From Paraspadella gotoi (lineage: Eukaryota > Animalia > Chaetognatha), in the NCBI GenBank assembly GCA_051294375.1, contig CM119268.1, positions 13,027,770-13,091,769 of the forward strand: a stretch of DNA of 64,000 nucleotides, given 5' to 3'. The notes under the pieces were generated by a model that saw only the letters and a list, made by a program, of their open reading frames with translations, searched no databases and was not told the origin of the DNA. Each line of letters opens with the position of its first letter. The stretch's first letter is position 1. The translations under genes were made by a program, and so were the position numbers. Shown here piece by piece: positions 1-13,270 of this stretch.

Positions 1-512
1 CTCTTCGTCCGGGGGAAAATCATCATCATCTTCCGATTCCTGACCGTAGTATTGGAAGTCGACTCCGTAGTCCTTATAGGAAATTTAGGGAGAGTTTTCG
101 TTGGGTATTCGGCGGGGAACGTTGATGACGCCGATTTATTTATTTTTTGACTTTCGCCTCGTGATACTTTTCTAAATCTACTTATCTATAACCTTTGGCT
201 TTAAGTTTATAAAGAAAAAGGAAAAAGCGGGAAAGGGGCCGGGGGAGTTTACAAAAGGTCGACGGAAAAAAATAAACTAAAGAAAAGTTCGTTCATGAAA
301 TTTTTTTTAAAACGTAAAACCCTTGGGAGAAATTCATCTCTTGAGATCTGTAATTGTTTATTGTCCGTTGAGGGTAATTCGAATAATAAAAAGACTGACG
401 AATTTTTATTTGAGACTCTCCCGAGTCCAGAGGTAAGAAAGATTGGAGATTGAAATTATGGCAAAATTATGACATTAATAATAGTATTGATAATAAACAA
501 ACTATTTCTTAC

Positions 513-643
513 GGGGTCGTATCGCTTGAATCTCCTAGCGCGGTCTTCCCCTGACGTCCGACGTAGATAGCTCTTGCTTCTAACGTTGAGAAGTTGCCGA
601 GAATTGGCGGCTATGAGAGACGATGCCAACGACGATGTCAGAT
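513..643 (-). CDS. Probable internal exon of an unidentified gene; encodes (D)LTSSLASSLIAANSRQLLNVRSKSYLRRTSGEDRARRFKRYDP
   Basis: GC-richer island bounded on the minus strand by ttttcag (acceptor) and gtaag (donor). It is open when entered in phase 1 and exits in phase 0. A phase-0 open frame follows after ttatag near 185 and runs off the window start. Confidence 0.5.
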
Positions 644-2453
644 CTGAAAAATAGAGGTTATATGGATGAATGAAAATCGTGAAAAATTTGGCTGGTTTTT
701 AGATTTACCTCCGAAAAAATTCAAATACATGTAAACAAATATGCCAACTTTTATTTCCCAAGTTTTTAAATTCATCCTTTAGTTTTTCGGTTTTACTTAT
801 TGCTAATTAATATTAACAGGATCCAGAAAATATTCAAATACAGTTAAAAATTATAAGCTACGACAGGAGTTACAGTCATGAATCAACTCTCCCGTGGTTT
901 TGTCTTTGTTGTCTCTTTGTTCGCCTCATTTTCGATTTTTTTTTTAATTAGCCTCGTATCAGTCAGATCCCCTGCTTCCCTTAAGGCTTAAGGTTCAAAG
1001 CTTTTGGGTAAAAATCCCGGAAACACTTTCCTCGCCCGTGAACGAGATGTTTTCGAAGGATAAAGGGAGTAGAGGGGGGAGGGTGGGGGCGTTGTGGGGG
1101 ATTAGGGAAGGAAGGGATTGAAAGATCGGCGGGGAATGAAGAGAAAAGAAGCAAAGTTGTGAAAAAGCGAAGAGGAACTTGCATCATTCGTGTTCCTGTT
1201 GTAAAAATGTTGGACCGGGAATCGTGGAAATACTGCTTTATTGTTATGTTGTGATTCCATCTTTGTCTGATTTCGATTCGTGGAAAAAGAAAGTGGAGGG
1301 GCCCGCCATTTTTCTCCATGCCTGTGTGGTCACTGGTTATGACTTAGGTCCTTTAAAAATTAACGGGAAATGAGAGGAAGTAACAAAAATTTAAAGGACA
1401 GAAAAAATAATAAATAATAAATAAATAATAATAATAATAATAAATTGTAAATAATAGAGCAAACAGCGGAGTAAAATTCCTTTTTTAACGATCGACCGAA
1501 AAAAATATTATAATTATTATAATATACAAAATAGGGAAGCCAAGCTCTCTGGGAGTTCATAAACTCGACTGAGAAAGTCTTGATTAAAAGCTTGCAGGGT
1601 CTTGCGATGTTATTATCTTAACCAATCAAAGCCTGTCAAAGATAGCTGTAAGATAGCTTGTTCATTGAATGAATAAATAATTTTATATTGGTTGTACAAA
1701 TTTCATACTTATACATTTTGAAACGTATGAACTATGATGAAAAGTAAAAATAGTGGATGTGTGTTACAGATTGCTTGTTTCCCCTTCTCGCCGCCCGAGC
1801 TCTGCACGATCTTTGTTGGCAGGGGTGCGGCTCCTATCCGATTCCATTTTCTTTTAAATCGCGGTTGGCAAGGTACGAAGAGTCTTCGTACTACGAAGAC
1901 TGTTAAGTTAAAACGCGAAAGAAATGGGTACTTGCGAACCGAAGGTAATTTTCTCACTGGAGATTTCATCGGATATCTAAAACCGGACGCGACTATAAAA
2001 ATAACTCATTCTTCTGATATATTACGAAAAAAAAAAGCGAAAGAGGAATTCATAGGCGTTAGTCAATAGCCCGTGTTTTCTCCGGAACTCACGTACACCC
2101 CGTTTTAAAGCAAAGCCGAGCTATTTTTTTTTCAGTGATTATGATGTAACGCGTTAACTGTCTTAAACGATGCTTTCGCGTCAGTCATCCATATACTTGT
2201 CTAAAAAATGTTTTAAGATACTATAAAATAAAAGTAGTGTGGATCAACCAAACAACCTTCATTGGAGGTAAATGAATTCTGAAAATTGATTTTCCATTCG
2301 TCTTTTTCTTCGCCTATGATCAATTTGAAGGCATCGTTACTAAAGCCAACGGAACATCGTTATGATTTATCCTCTTAACGATAAAACGATAACCGTCCAT
2401 TTCACGCTCCTCATTTGTTTTAATCGTCGAGATTCTTTGGCCTCGACTTTGAA

Positions 2454-2541
<88 letters not shown>

Positions 2542-5500
2542 CTCTCTCTCATCATCTTCCCGATAAAAAAAAGTCTTTTTATTGTAGACGACCCGAACAG
2601 GCGCTCGCTTCCTCTCTGACGTCTTAATTGTGTTCGAATCTCACGAAGATGCCCGGAAATAACTACGGTTTCGCCTTATTATAATTAATTATTATTAACT
2701 TGACTCGGAGAATTTTATCGTAAATGCTTAACGGACAACAAACACAACGACGCAGTACGGGTGCTCGTGCGCTCACGGCCTTTTTGCGACGGCAACGAAT
2801 TCGCCTCTAATTCTTTGATAACGCCGGAAACGAAAACGTCTGACGTAATTTTTGGCTCCGAAAGATGTTTTCTTTTCTGCCAATCTTTCTTCTTTCGATG
2901 CTCTTTTGTTTGGCGGCAACGACCCCTAAGCGCCTGCAGCGCCCCAAAGGTAAAAATCGGAATCAACGTCCTTGACGTAGTGGCTTGGTAAAATGATGTT
3001 AGATTAGATAAATTTAAGATTGTTGGGCTGTTTAACATTGCTTTTTAAAATTTATTTTTAAATTATTGCTATAAACTTTAAAGAGAACAAAATGTTTACT
3101 TTAGTTAACATGCCTTGAACAATGAACATTTAGTTCATCAGGTATTTTTACTACGTGCGACAGTTAAGGCTTTCTTTCCTTCTATCTTGCTTTCTCATTT
3201 TCACTCAATTTCTTTCCTGGTGAACGGTTTAAAACCGGTCGAGAAAAAACATCCTATTAACTCTCGAAGTTACGACCTTTGTTTACCCAATTACTCGCAA
3301 CATTACTGAAAACAAAAGTCGCCGTGTTTTTTTTTCTTCGAAAGAAATAGAACGAAATGTTTCCTCTTTTAGAAAATGCAAGGAGCGAGCAAAGAAGGTA
3401 GAAAGATAGGAGAGAAAACTTTGTAAATGAGACTAAAGTCGGTTTAAATTTGAGAGAAGAGTTTCAGAAGGGCGAAGAGATGAAAAAGAGAAGAGAGAAA
3501 AGCATAGAACTGATAGAAGATAGAGAGGGGATAAGTCCCAAACGTCGACATTGATGGAATTCGGCATCCAAATTCCAACGCGTCTACTTTTATGGACCCA
3601 TTTTCCTCAGTAATCACTTGTTATGGCCCAAGGATATTCGAGGAGTGAGAATCCCGATAGTCGCGGTATCAATTTTACTCCGCGGGAAATTTGTTTCCAA
3701 ATTTCCCCGCAATGAAATGATAAGAGGCTCTTAAATATTTTTTTCAGTGAATATCATTATCTGTATTGTACATTATATAATCACAATGAGGTTTTTTACT
3801 CTGCTCGTCAACGCATGACTGCCCCAAGCCTTCCCTCAGAGCCGTCATTTGTTTTGATTAACCCCGTCACGAATAAACCCAAAATTGATTCTAACTGAGA
3901 ACGAGCAATTTTCTCGCCTTTTGTCAAAACAATTTTCAAATTGATTCTCCGGACGAACTTGTGAACTCTTCCCTTTCTCTTTCACCTTATTTCTTTTTCT
4001 TTTTTTTTTTTCGGCGTCTCGCAAAAGCCTTTTTGTCCTGCACAAAAATTAAATTTTCGAGAGGATGAACAATATACGGCACAATGTTAATTTTAACTCG
4101 GTTAATTTTAACCTGGCCTAAGTAAAACAAAACCGTGAATTCATTTTTAAATCTAAAACTTAACTTAATTCTAAATTTGAGATAAAATACAGTGCTTTAG
4201 GAAAATATGACCCAATATTCTTTCGGATTTTAATGGCCTACAAATGATTATTGTTTAATCAATCGAGATCGCCAAAAAAATTTTTGTTAGATTTAATTGT
4301 TCATAAATAGTAAACACCATTGGTTCATTGCGTTAGTCCATTACACAAGCCCAGGTTTAGCACCAACACACATATCGCCTCTCCCCCCTCTACCCTGTTC
4401 CCCATGTGAATGGCCCGACCTCGAATAAACAACGCAGTCAATATTTTCCGCGCGGTAAACAACCGGGAGGAAGATGATGGGTTCGAGAATGTCGTTCACA
4501 TCATCGTTCCACCATCCTTACCCGACATACAAACTCATTCATTCTTCCTTCATCTTTCCACAGATCGATGATGTTGTTGAAATTATCATGATCCACATCC
4601 GATGCTTTGAGCATCACTGAGAACTTTGCAATAGTTCGCAGTAAAATATTCCTTATTTTGCTTAAATTTCATACTTATATTTGAACAAACCTTGGTTATT
4701 CACTGTGATTCCATTTGTTAACTTTTATATCTTTTAGGACTTTAATTGATCTTCAAGTTTCAAACCTTTTTTAGACGAGGGAAAAAAAACGGCGAATCTG
4801 TTTTGGACCTTCCCAATAAATTTCATTAAAGAATTACAGAAGTCAAAATAATATTTAATATTCCCACTTTTATTTCTGTGATTTTGTTTCCCATTATTAA
4901 ATTTAGAAGCATAACTTTGTTCACGCTCTCTTTTCACTAGTTTCTATAATCCCCTTTTCTCATAATCTGGGGGGGGGGGCGAGCGAGGGCTCTTTGATCC
5001 GCCGTCGCTGCCAGAAGCGAAAAGCAGAAGGGAGAGGGAAAAGCAGAGAAATAGAGAGAGAAAGAAAGAAAGATAAAGAAAGAGAAAGAGAGAGAGAGAG
5101 AGAGAGAGAATAGAAGTCTAAAATGTGAATGAGAAATAACGAGAGAAACGCCAACCATACTAACACTTACTAACTGTCTAGATGTTAAATTTTTTCTGTG
5201 CATAATATAATGACACAGCCGCCCTTTTCAATGGCTTTTTAATCTTCAGAAACCAAACGTCCCGAGCCAATTCAGCCATTTTCCTAATTTTCTTTCACTC
5301 TTTATAATAATAATCATAACGGGGTACTAAGGGGGGGGGGTGGTTACTGCCGCAGACTCGCTCTCTCGCTCTCTCGCTCTCTCCCCCATTTCCCCCTAAA
5401 TTCCCAAAATCAATTTCCCTTTTCATATTCCTCCTCGTGATTATTTTCTTTCTCTTCATCTTCTTTTTATTCTTATTCCTCCTTTTTTTTTGTTCAATTG

Positions 5501-6546
5501 TTCTTGGTTTTTGTTAATTGAAACGAACAAATATCATACAATTGTCTCCACAATATCCTTCTCTTTATCTCCCTCTTCTTCTTTCTCTCCCCGCTCTTCT
5601 CTCTTTCTCCTTCTTTTCCCTCCAATGCCGGAGGCCAAAATCAATTTCATTTCCGAGAAATTCTCGACCTCAAGAATTCTCTGCTAAATTTGTCGCTTCG
5701 TCGTCGTCGTCTTGGGCGTCGTCGTCGTCGTCGTCTTTCACTTCCGATACTCAACAACGGCCACCTGGCGGAGCCGCCTTATTTCCAGGGGCGTCAACCG
5801 GGAAACGGATGACGACGTGAATGACACATTTCGATCACCATTCTGAGTCTCTATAAAGAAGATGGCCTTTAGTAAAGGCTTTACCTTTATATAACTTTAT
5901 ACGTGTATGTGTATGTGTAATACACATTGTGTATGTGTCTCGTAATTTTTTTTTTTCTCAAACGCAGATAAAAACCCGAGATCTCTGTATTTTTTTTCGC
6001 GCCTCTAGTCAGATTTGCTTTGTGATTCCTTATTTGACGTGCTGTCGTTGTTGCCCTCGTCGTGTTCACTAAGAGATGAACGGTAGGATGGAGCACTCAA
6101 GAACAAAAAAATTATTTGAGTGATCAAACGAGGATATTTAGACGTGAGATAGTATGATTAACTAGTACAAAAAATATTTTGTTCATATTGTCTCGGGAAC
6201 AGAGTTTTACCGGATGGTTGTAAAAATATAGTAATATATTTTTTAGCATATTCATAGGATGAATAGATAATCTTATAATGGTTGTACTAATTTCAAAGAT
6301 TTTAGTTATACGTACTACATAGTAATTTTTTTGACACTATATTCGTGGCGCTACTATATCCGTTAATTTAAGTATTTTTTAATTTTGTAATACAATTTTT
6401 CAGAAAAAAATCTTTTTTTCACTTTTAAAAAATGACAAAAAATATTGTTACTCAGCAAAACACATTGTTTTCTTTAAGAAAAATAAAAAAATCTCCGAAA
6501 TGGGGAAAAATGTCACTCCTCTAGGGATCGCAAGAGAAATAAACTA

Positions 6547-6590
<44 letters not shown>

Positions 6591-7395
6591 TCGATAAAGA
6601 GGCAATTCCATCCCAAGGAAGGAGGAAAAAAATCGGGAGGAACAAATCTCTCTCAACCTTGGAATCCCAGTAGACGAGACCCTTTGAATACCTCATCAGG
6701 TCGACGCCATAGATTTGCGTTCTTTACCCCAAGACGGAAAGGTCCCGGGTTCGCGGCTGCGGCTTATGTTTCTTGCATCTATTCAAGACGCTGTAACTTG
6801 AGGAGTAAAAGTTGCAAGGGAAGATGAAGGATTTAGCAAAAACTTTGTGGTTAGAGGATCAGAGAAGAACGAATTGATTTCCATACATTCCACAACAACG
6901 ACCACAACGGATTTGTAGCCTTGCAACAACAACAACAGCAATAAATGAAAAAGAAGGGAAAAGAAAATGATTGTCTATACTTTTTCGACGAAATTATCGA
7001 AAATTATCAAAACAATTCTTGGATAAGATTAAATTTCCTTGTGCAGAATAAAGGAAGAATAAAGGCGCGCGCTCTCTCTCTCTCTCTTTCTCTTTCTCTT
7101 TTAAATTTTACCTCCAAAGTCATTCCTTCCCGAAAGGAAATCTCAGAGTCTCCTTTCATTTCTTCCCTCCTAAAATCGAAATCTCAAATTCTCCTTCAAC
7201 GTGTTTTGCTTCCACTCTCAAGTAATTGTCACTTTAGATTCCCATCATTGTTTGAATTTTTTTTTTTCATGATTTATCACAAGTTTGATATCCGTTTTAT
7301 TTTCCTGCTTTGCTTCTTTTCTGTCCCTCACTCCCCCGCCTCTTCCTCCCTTCCTCTTGTTTCCATTACTTTCTATAGGACTCTTCACCTCCTTT

Positions 7396-7545
7396 CTTCC
7401 CCCACCGTCCTCCCTCCCCCCTTCGCCTCCCTCTTCCCCCACCGTCCTCCCTCCCCCCTTCGCCTCCCCTCTTCCCCCACCGTCCTCCCTCCCCCCTTCG
7501 CCTCCCCTCTTCCCCCACCGTCCTCCCTCCCCCCCCCCCCCTTCA
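7396..7545. repeat. Polypyrimidine minisatellite, ~38-bp unit (cttcccccaccgtcctccctccccccttcgcctcccct) x4
   Basis: The marker accgtcc recurs at 7404, 7441, 7479 and 7517. Confidence 0.9.
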
Positions 7546-8736
7546 TCTCCCTCTTCCTTCCCCTTTCATCTTCCAAACCCTTATAACTCTCCAACCAAAA
7601 AAAAAAAAAAAAGCTGGTTCCAGCTTCGGCTCTCGCGATTTCCCCTGACAGATATTGAACCCTTGTTGGACCAAATCCTTTTTTCGGTCGAAGGCGAAAA
7701 CCCCCGTGGCAGCTCGGGACGGAGAAAAAAAGAAAGGGGAGCGTTGGGAGGGGGGTACCCTGGGGGGGGGTGTAACAAAGTTGGTTTTGGTGTTGTTTTT
7801 TTTCTTTCGATCTCGTTTTACTTTTTTTTTTCGGTACAGCCTTTCTTTTTATTTTCTCTAGTAGTTGTCGAGATTTCGACCTCATTTCCAACCGAGGTTA
7901 CGGAGGTTAGGAAAAAAAAACCTCACAAACTGTGAGTGAATAAACCAGAAAGAAATAGTGTGTTATCAGGTCTTGATCCTGTCGTTCGCGGGAGGCTGAT
8001 TAATTTACGTCCTTTCTTTCTTTCCTTTCTTTCTTTCTTATTATATTTACAGCTTGCTATATTCTCGTATTCTACCATATCCTAGATATTCTTCCTTCCT
8101 CTTTTCATTTCTTACATTTCTTTTTTCCTTATTTTCTCTTCTTTTTCTACCTTCTTTCCTACCCTCAACCCTTCCTTTCTTCTTTTCTTCCTTCTTTTCT
8201 TCCTTTCTCCACGACGAGAAACTCTAATCGAACGGTGAGACCTCGACCTGACCCGGAGTCCCTGACCTCACCGCAATTCGCCCACTCTTCGAGGCGACGC
8301 ATCGATCCAGATCCCAGCCAACAAACTCCTCTCTCAATCGTCACTCCTTTGAAACTCAGTTTCGCCATTCCTTTGCCACGCTCGCAGCTCTGCATCATTT
8401 ACACCTTTGCCACTCTTGCAGCTTTGAGTCACCACACTTCGCACTTACGTCTTCACACAGTTCAGACTAGCCTTTTTTCCTGAACTTCTTGCAGCACTGA
8501 CGCGCTCAACCTCTGTCACTTTCCCAGCGCTGTCTCGCCGCTCCTTTGTCACACCCGCCACACTCAGTTGCCTCACCCTCTCGCCGCTCCCTCGCTCATC
8601 TTTTTCTGGACCTCACCCTTGGAGAAATGGAACGACTCAGGTGCCGAAGACGGTAGCGACGACGACAGGGACGACGATGGGTGCGATGGAACTGAGCCGA
8701 CATATGGTGGGAAGAGGTTGACGAGAGAGAGAGAAA

Positions 8737-8797
<61 letters not shown>

Positions 8798-8969
8798 AGA
8801 GCGAAACAAATATGTTTTTCAGTTTCTATTTTTCACGTTTTCGGTTTCCGAGCGCATGGATAATTTTAGGCAAATATCCATTTCCGATTTCACTTTTTTT
8901 TTCTTCGTGTCTAACATCGCGACAACTGGAAATACTAAAAAAAATATGGTGACTAGACGAGAGAGAGAG

Positions 8970-9049
<80 letters not shown>

Positions 9050-9449
9050 AGGAACGAAGATGCTCAATATTTGTCGAGTGTTGAGTGACATCCCTGGAAA
9101 TCGAACGCGACAGAAAAAGAATATGGCTTCGCCGGCGAATCGCATCCGCGGCGCTTGTGAGAATCACGTGTGAGAATCACGAAAATCACGTGGTTCCGAT
9201 GAAAATTTGTTTTGGTTTTCGTGAATAGAATCTCAAAAAAATTGTATTTATGAAATTTCTAGGATGCGGAAGCCTCGCCATCCATGTATTTGATGAAGTT
9301 CACAAACAACATCAGATTTGTGAGACTGCGACTCTGAAAAAAAATGTGAGAACGCGACTGTGATCCTCACTTCAAAACGAAAACGAAGAATCTCCTGATT
9401 TTGTCCCCCGCGAAATTGGAAACGGATGACAGAGTAGACGGGAAATATT

Positions 9450-9533
<84 letters not shown>

Positions 9534-9599
9534 GACCCCTCCAGGGACTTCGGGAATTTCTCGTTCGTATTCCGCTTCGGTCTCTCGTTACACTTTATG

Positions 9600-9860
9600 G
9601 TGTCGCGTTACGCGTGGTACACAGTTTATGACGTCAGCCATTCGGGACAAAAATGGGCAGAAGTCGCGCTCGCGTTGTTGTTGTTGTTGTCCGTGAAGTG
9701 GACGTCATTGCCCCCTTGCCTGACTCCAGATGCAAAAAAAAGAAATATAATTCTTTCCTAATGACGTCAAAAAAAAGTCGAGAAAATTGCTATGACGTCA
9801 TCGCGGGGACATCCAATCACGCCCCGAGTCGCGTGATTCATTTTCCCGCTAACTCACTGC
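9600..9860. promoter_or_regulatory. CpG-rich promoter-like cluster of CRE palindromes plus CCAAT
   Basis: TGACGTCA at 9629, 9762 and 9793, GGACGTCA near 9700, CCAATCA at 9813, in a CpG-rich patch within AT-rich DNA. Confidence 0.35.
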
Positions 9861-10585
9861 TTCTCTCGTATTTATATGTGGGCGTGTGTGTGAGCGTCGA
9901 GCACTATTTTAAGTATTGTAACGGTCTGTCACTCACCATGACTTTGTAATCATGCGTAGAAATTTGTTCTAACGCAGTAGAGGCTGTAGAGTAGAACGCA
10001 GTTGAGGCCTCGAAACCAAAACAATCCGTGGGAAAAAAAGTCAAAAAGGGCAAAGAGAAAATAAAAAATAAAAAAGAGCAGAACGTCAAGAAATCTTTTT
10101 CTAAATGTCAAAGTGGAATGACAGAAAAGAAAAATTTCGGTTTTGAAAAGTTGTCGAGTTTTGAAGTTGGAAAGAAACAACCAAGTATGTGAAAGGAAAA
10201 GAGAATTTTCCACGCAAAAAAAAAAAATCTGAAATACTTGTTTCCGGTTGTCAATATAATCGGTTTGCTTTAGTTTTTTAATTTTTATAATCTTTGTTTG
10301 TTTATCTTATGTTTTCTTTTCTTACTTTCCTTCTTAGCCGTGAATGAAAATGGATAAATTATGTCGTTTCTATTTATATCAAATTATTTAGCTTATGAAA
10401 ACCTAAAATAACAAGTTAACACTAAGTAATTACAATTAAATGAAGATTAAAATAAACATCCAGTGAGACAGACCGCCGTCGCGTCAGCATCGGCAGCAGC
10501 ATGCAGCAGCTGCCGACGAGACGACGAAAAAATTGGATTTTTGTTTTTCCGATAGAAATTAAGTTTGCGAATCTTGAATCGGAGA

Positions 10586-10636
<51 letters not shown>

Positions 10637-11472
10637 CCCAGGATCTCGTCAACGACGACGAATCACAACCGACGATGACGACGACAATGACTGCGAAAAA
10701 TGTAAGCGACGACAAGAACAACTTCAGCGTCTGTAATCTATATCTTGTTTCTCTTTTTATTGATGTCGTTTGTCTCTTGACGGTTGCCACTAGTGAGCGG
10801 TAAGTGGGAGAGATTCGTTTTACGACTGAGGAATGAGGATAATCTTTATTCTTTTGGATTTGGACAATGGACAAATTGGACATTCGGACTTTGGTGACTG
10901 ACTGAAACTTAAAAGCTCCAAACGCCCTGAACAAACGACAGACATAATCTAAATCTAGATCTAGATCTTTCTATAGCTCACAGTTCGAGAACAGACGCAT
11001 GGATTTCGAATTTCTTGAAAAGGGGGCCTTTGCTCCGCGGCCCAAAGAAGGACCTTATTCTGAACACGACCAGATGACCTGAATTAACGACGACGACGAC
11101 GACGACGACGATGATTTGGACGATTCTCCGTTGACGTCATCGTCGTCGTCGTCGTGGTCGTCGTTCACGACTTAACTTTTCCCTCGACGAATCGCGAAAA
11201 CAAAAGACGTGGAAATTAGACGAAGGAATTTCGATTAAAAATGCGAATGGCGAAAGGACTCTCTCTGGAGACGTTGCCGGGAAGGAGAGAGAAAGAGAGA
11301 GAGAGAGAGAGTGAAAAAGGGAGGACAAAGGCGAGTGCTGCTGTTCTCCTGTTTTAAACCATTAATGTTTATTACTTCACTTTTTAAAAAAAATGTGAAT
11401 ATCGATGCGAACGACGGGGAAATTTATTGCGTCGTCGTCGGAGTCGTTGTCGTTCTAGCGTATTCCTAACAG

Positions 11473-11520
<48 letters not shown>

Positions 11521-11752
11521 TCTCTCTCTCTCTCTCTCTCTCTACACGCCACGAAACCGGAAATGGAGCGTCAACTCCTCTCGAGTTCGAAAACCTGGAA
11601 AAAGATGGCGTCGCATCGAGTCGTGGCGGAGAACTGTGGGCGGGGTGGGGGTTGTGGGAGGGGAAGGGTTGTAGCTTTCATTTTACCTTTTGCATTTTGC
11701 GGTATCTGGTTAATTTTTATCGTTGCGCGAAAACTCGCGAAGCAATTCAAAA

Positions 11753-11880
11753 TGGGGCACCGTTTTCCAAAAGCCCCTAATCTTTGACCCTAATCAAAAC
11801 TCTAACCAAATCCTTAACCTAACCTTAATCCCTAACCTAAATCTTATCCCTAACCATAACTATAATCTTTAAACCTAAAG
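11753..11880. repeat. Degenerate (CCCTAA/CCTAA)-like tract preceded by GGGGCACCGTTTTCCAAAAG; partial member of the small element at 47565-47850
   Basis: Run of ccctaatc/ctaacc/cctaacc motifs. The leading motif resembles GGCACTCTTTTCCGAAAG at 47565. Confidence 0.45.
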
Positions 11881-12649
11881 ACAACTTTAATTTTGAATTT
11901 AAGCAAAGATGGCCCAAAGTCGAAAGCGAAGTCAGAAGCCAAACAATTTCGCAATATACTATCTTGGAAAAAAGTATATAACATTTTTAATAAAGGTTAT
12001 CTATTCAAAAACTTGTTTGATTTTAAAAAAAAATTAGAATATTTCCAGATGTACATTGAATTTCATTTCAGTAGCTTCCTTTCGTTTTTATGTAGGTCAA
12101 ATCGTTCAGAAGCTACAGGCCAAAAAATATTGTTACTTCAAATGAAAAATGGCGAAAAAAATCATATTTAGTTTTTTTCCATTTTTTTTAGTTATTTGTT
12201 TTTATTTCAAATAGAGTTATTTTTTTTATTTTTTTTTAATTTGGCAATGCTAGGGCCCTTACACATCTTTTTTATTAAAAAAAAAGTGCTATTTTACCTT
12301 TTGGAAAAGAGGGAAAGATATGCAACATCAACATCGGGTCTGAAAAGAATTTCGTTAAAGATTTGCTGTATGAGAGCATGGCCAGATAAATGCAGGCAGT
12401 AGTCGATACTGAGGAAGGGCATATAAAATATTGAGAATGTTTTACCCATATTTTGTATACTTTTTATTGAATAAATGAATTATGTTATATACTTTTTTCC
12501 TAGATAGTAATCACGTTTCTATCTTTTATTGCAACGACGGTGATGAGTAGAATGTTATTGAAAAGAAATTAGCTTTGAAGTGGGGGATTTGATGAATAGT
12601 GAGCGAATAAAATAAACGTGAAGGACAATGGAATCGATGATGGAATAAT

Positions 12650-12687
<38 letters not shown>

Positions 12688-13270
12688 GAAGAGGAAGAGA
12701 AAAAGTACTGGAAAGGTAGAAATAAGAATAAATGGTGTTAGAGACAAATTCAAATTGATCGAAGTAGAAAAAGGAAAATATTGTGTTAAAAAAAAGGGGC
12801 AGAATTTTATAAAGAGATGAAATTTAAAAAATACGGAAATGAAATAAATGCGAAAACTTTAAAAAATTATAAAATCGGTAAAAATCTAAATAATAAAATT
12901 TAAAAAAAAAGGAATTTAAAAGGTGAAAATTTTTAAGGAAAAAGAAATTAGCCGGAAATGAAATTTTAAAAGATAAACACGGCGAGACGAAACTAAGGAA
13001 AAATTAAAAAAAACATAAAAACATGAAAAAAATGAAAAGATTAGTTGAAAAAAAAAGCACTCTAGCTATTGTTAAAAAAACAATTACAATAAGAAAGAGA
13101 TAACTTCTTCCCTCCCCCAAAAAAAATATCTCGAACAAAAGAGCAAAGAGTTTCCTTCGCTTTGAACTTTGGTCCAAAAGAAAAGAGAATCCATTAACCG
13201 AAAACCATGTTATCTGTTATCGAACGTGAAAATCCCGCGCAAAGTCGATCTCGTTGTTGTAGTCGTAGTT

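Noticed and set aside
6620-6910. GC-richer island that might be a retroelement or exon relic
   Set aside because: The frames I read contain stops and I could assign no convincing motif.
11790-11880. True interstitial telomere or chromosome-fusion scar
   Set aside because: The repeats are short, highly degenerate, in one orientation only, and tied to a dispersed flanking motif.
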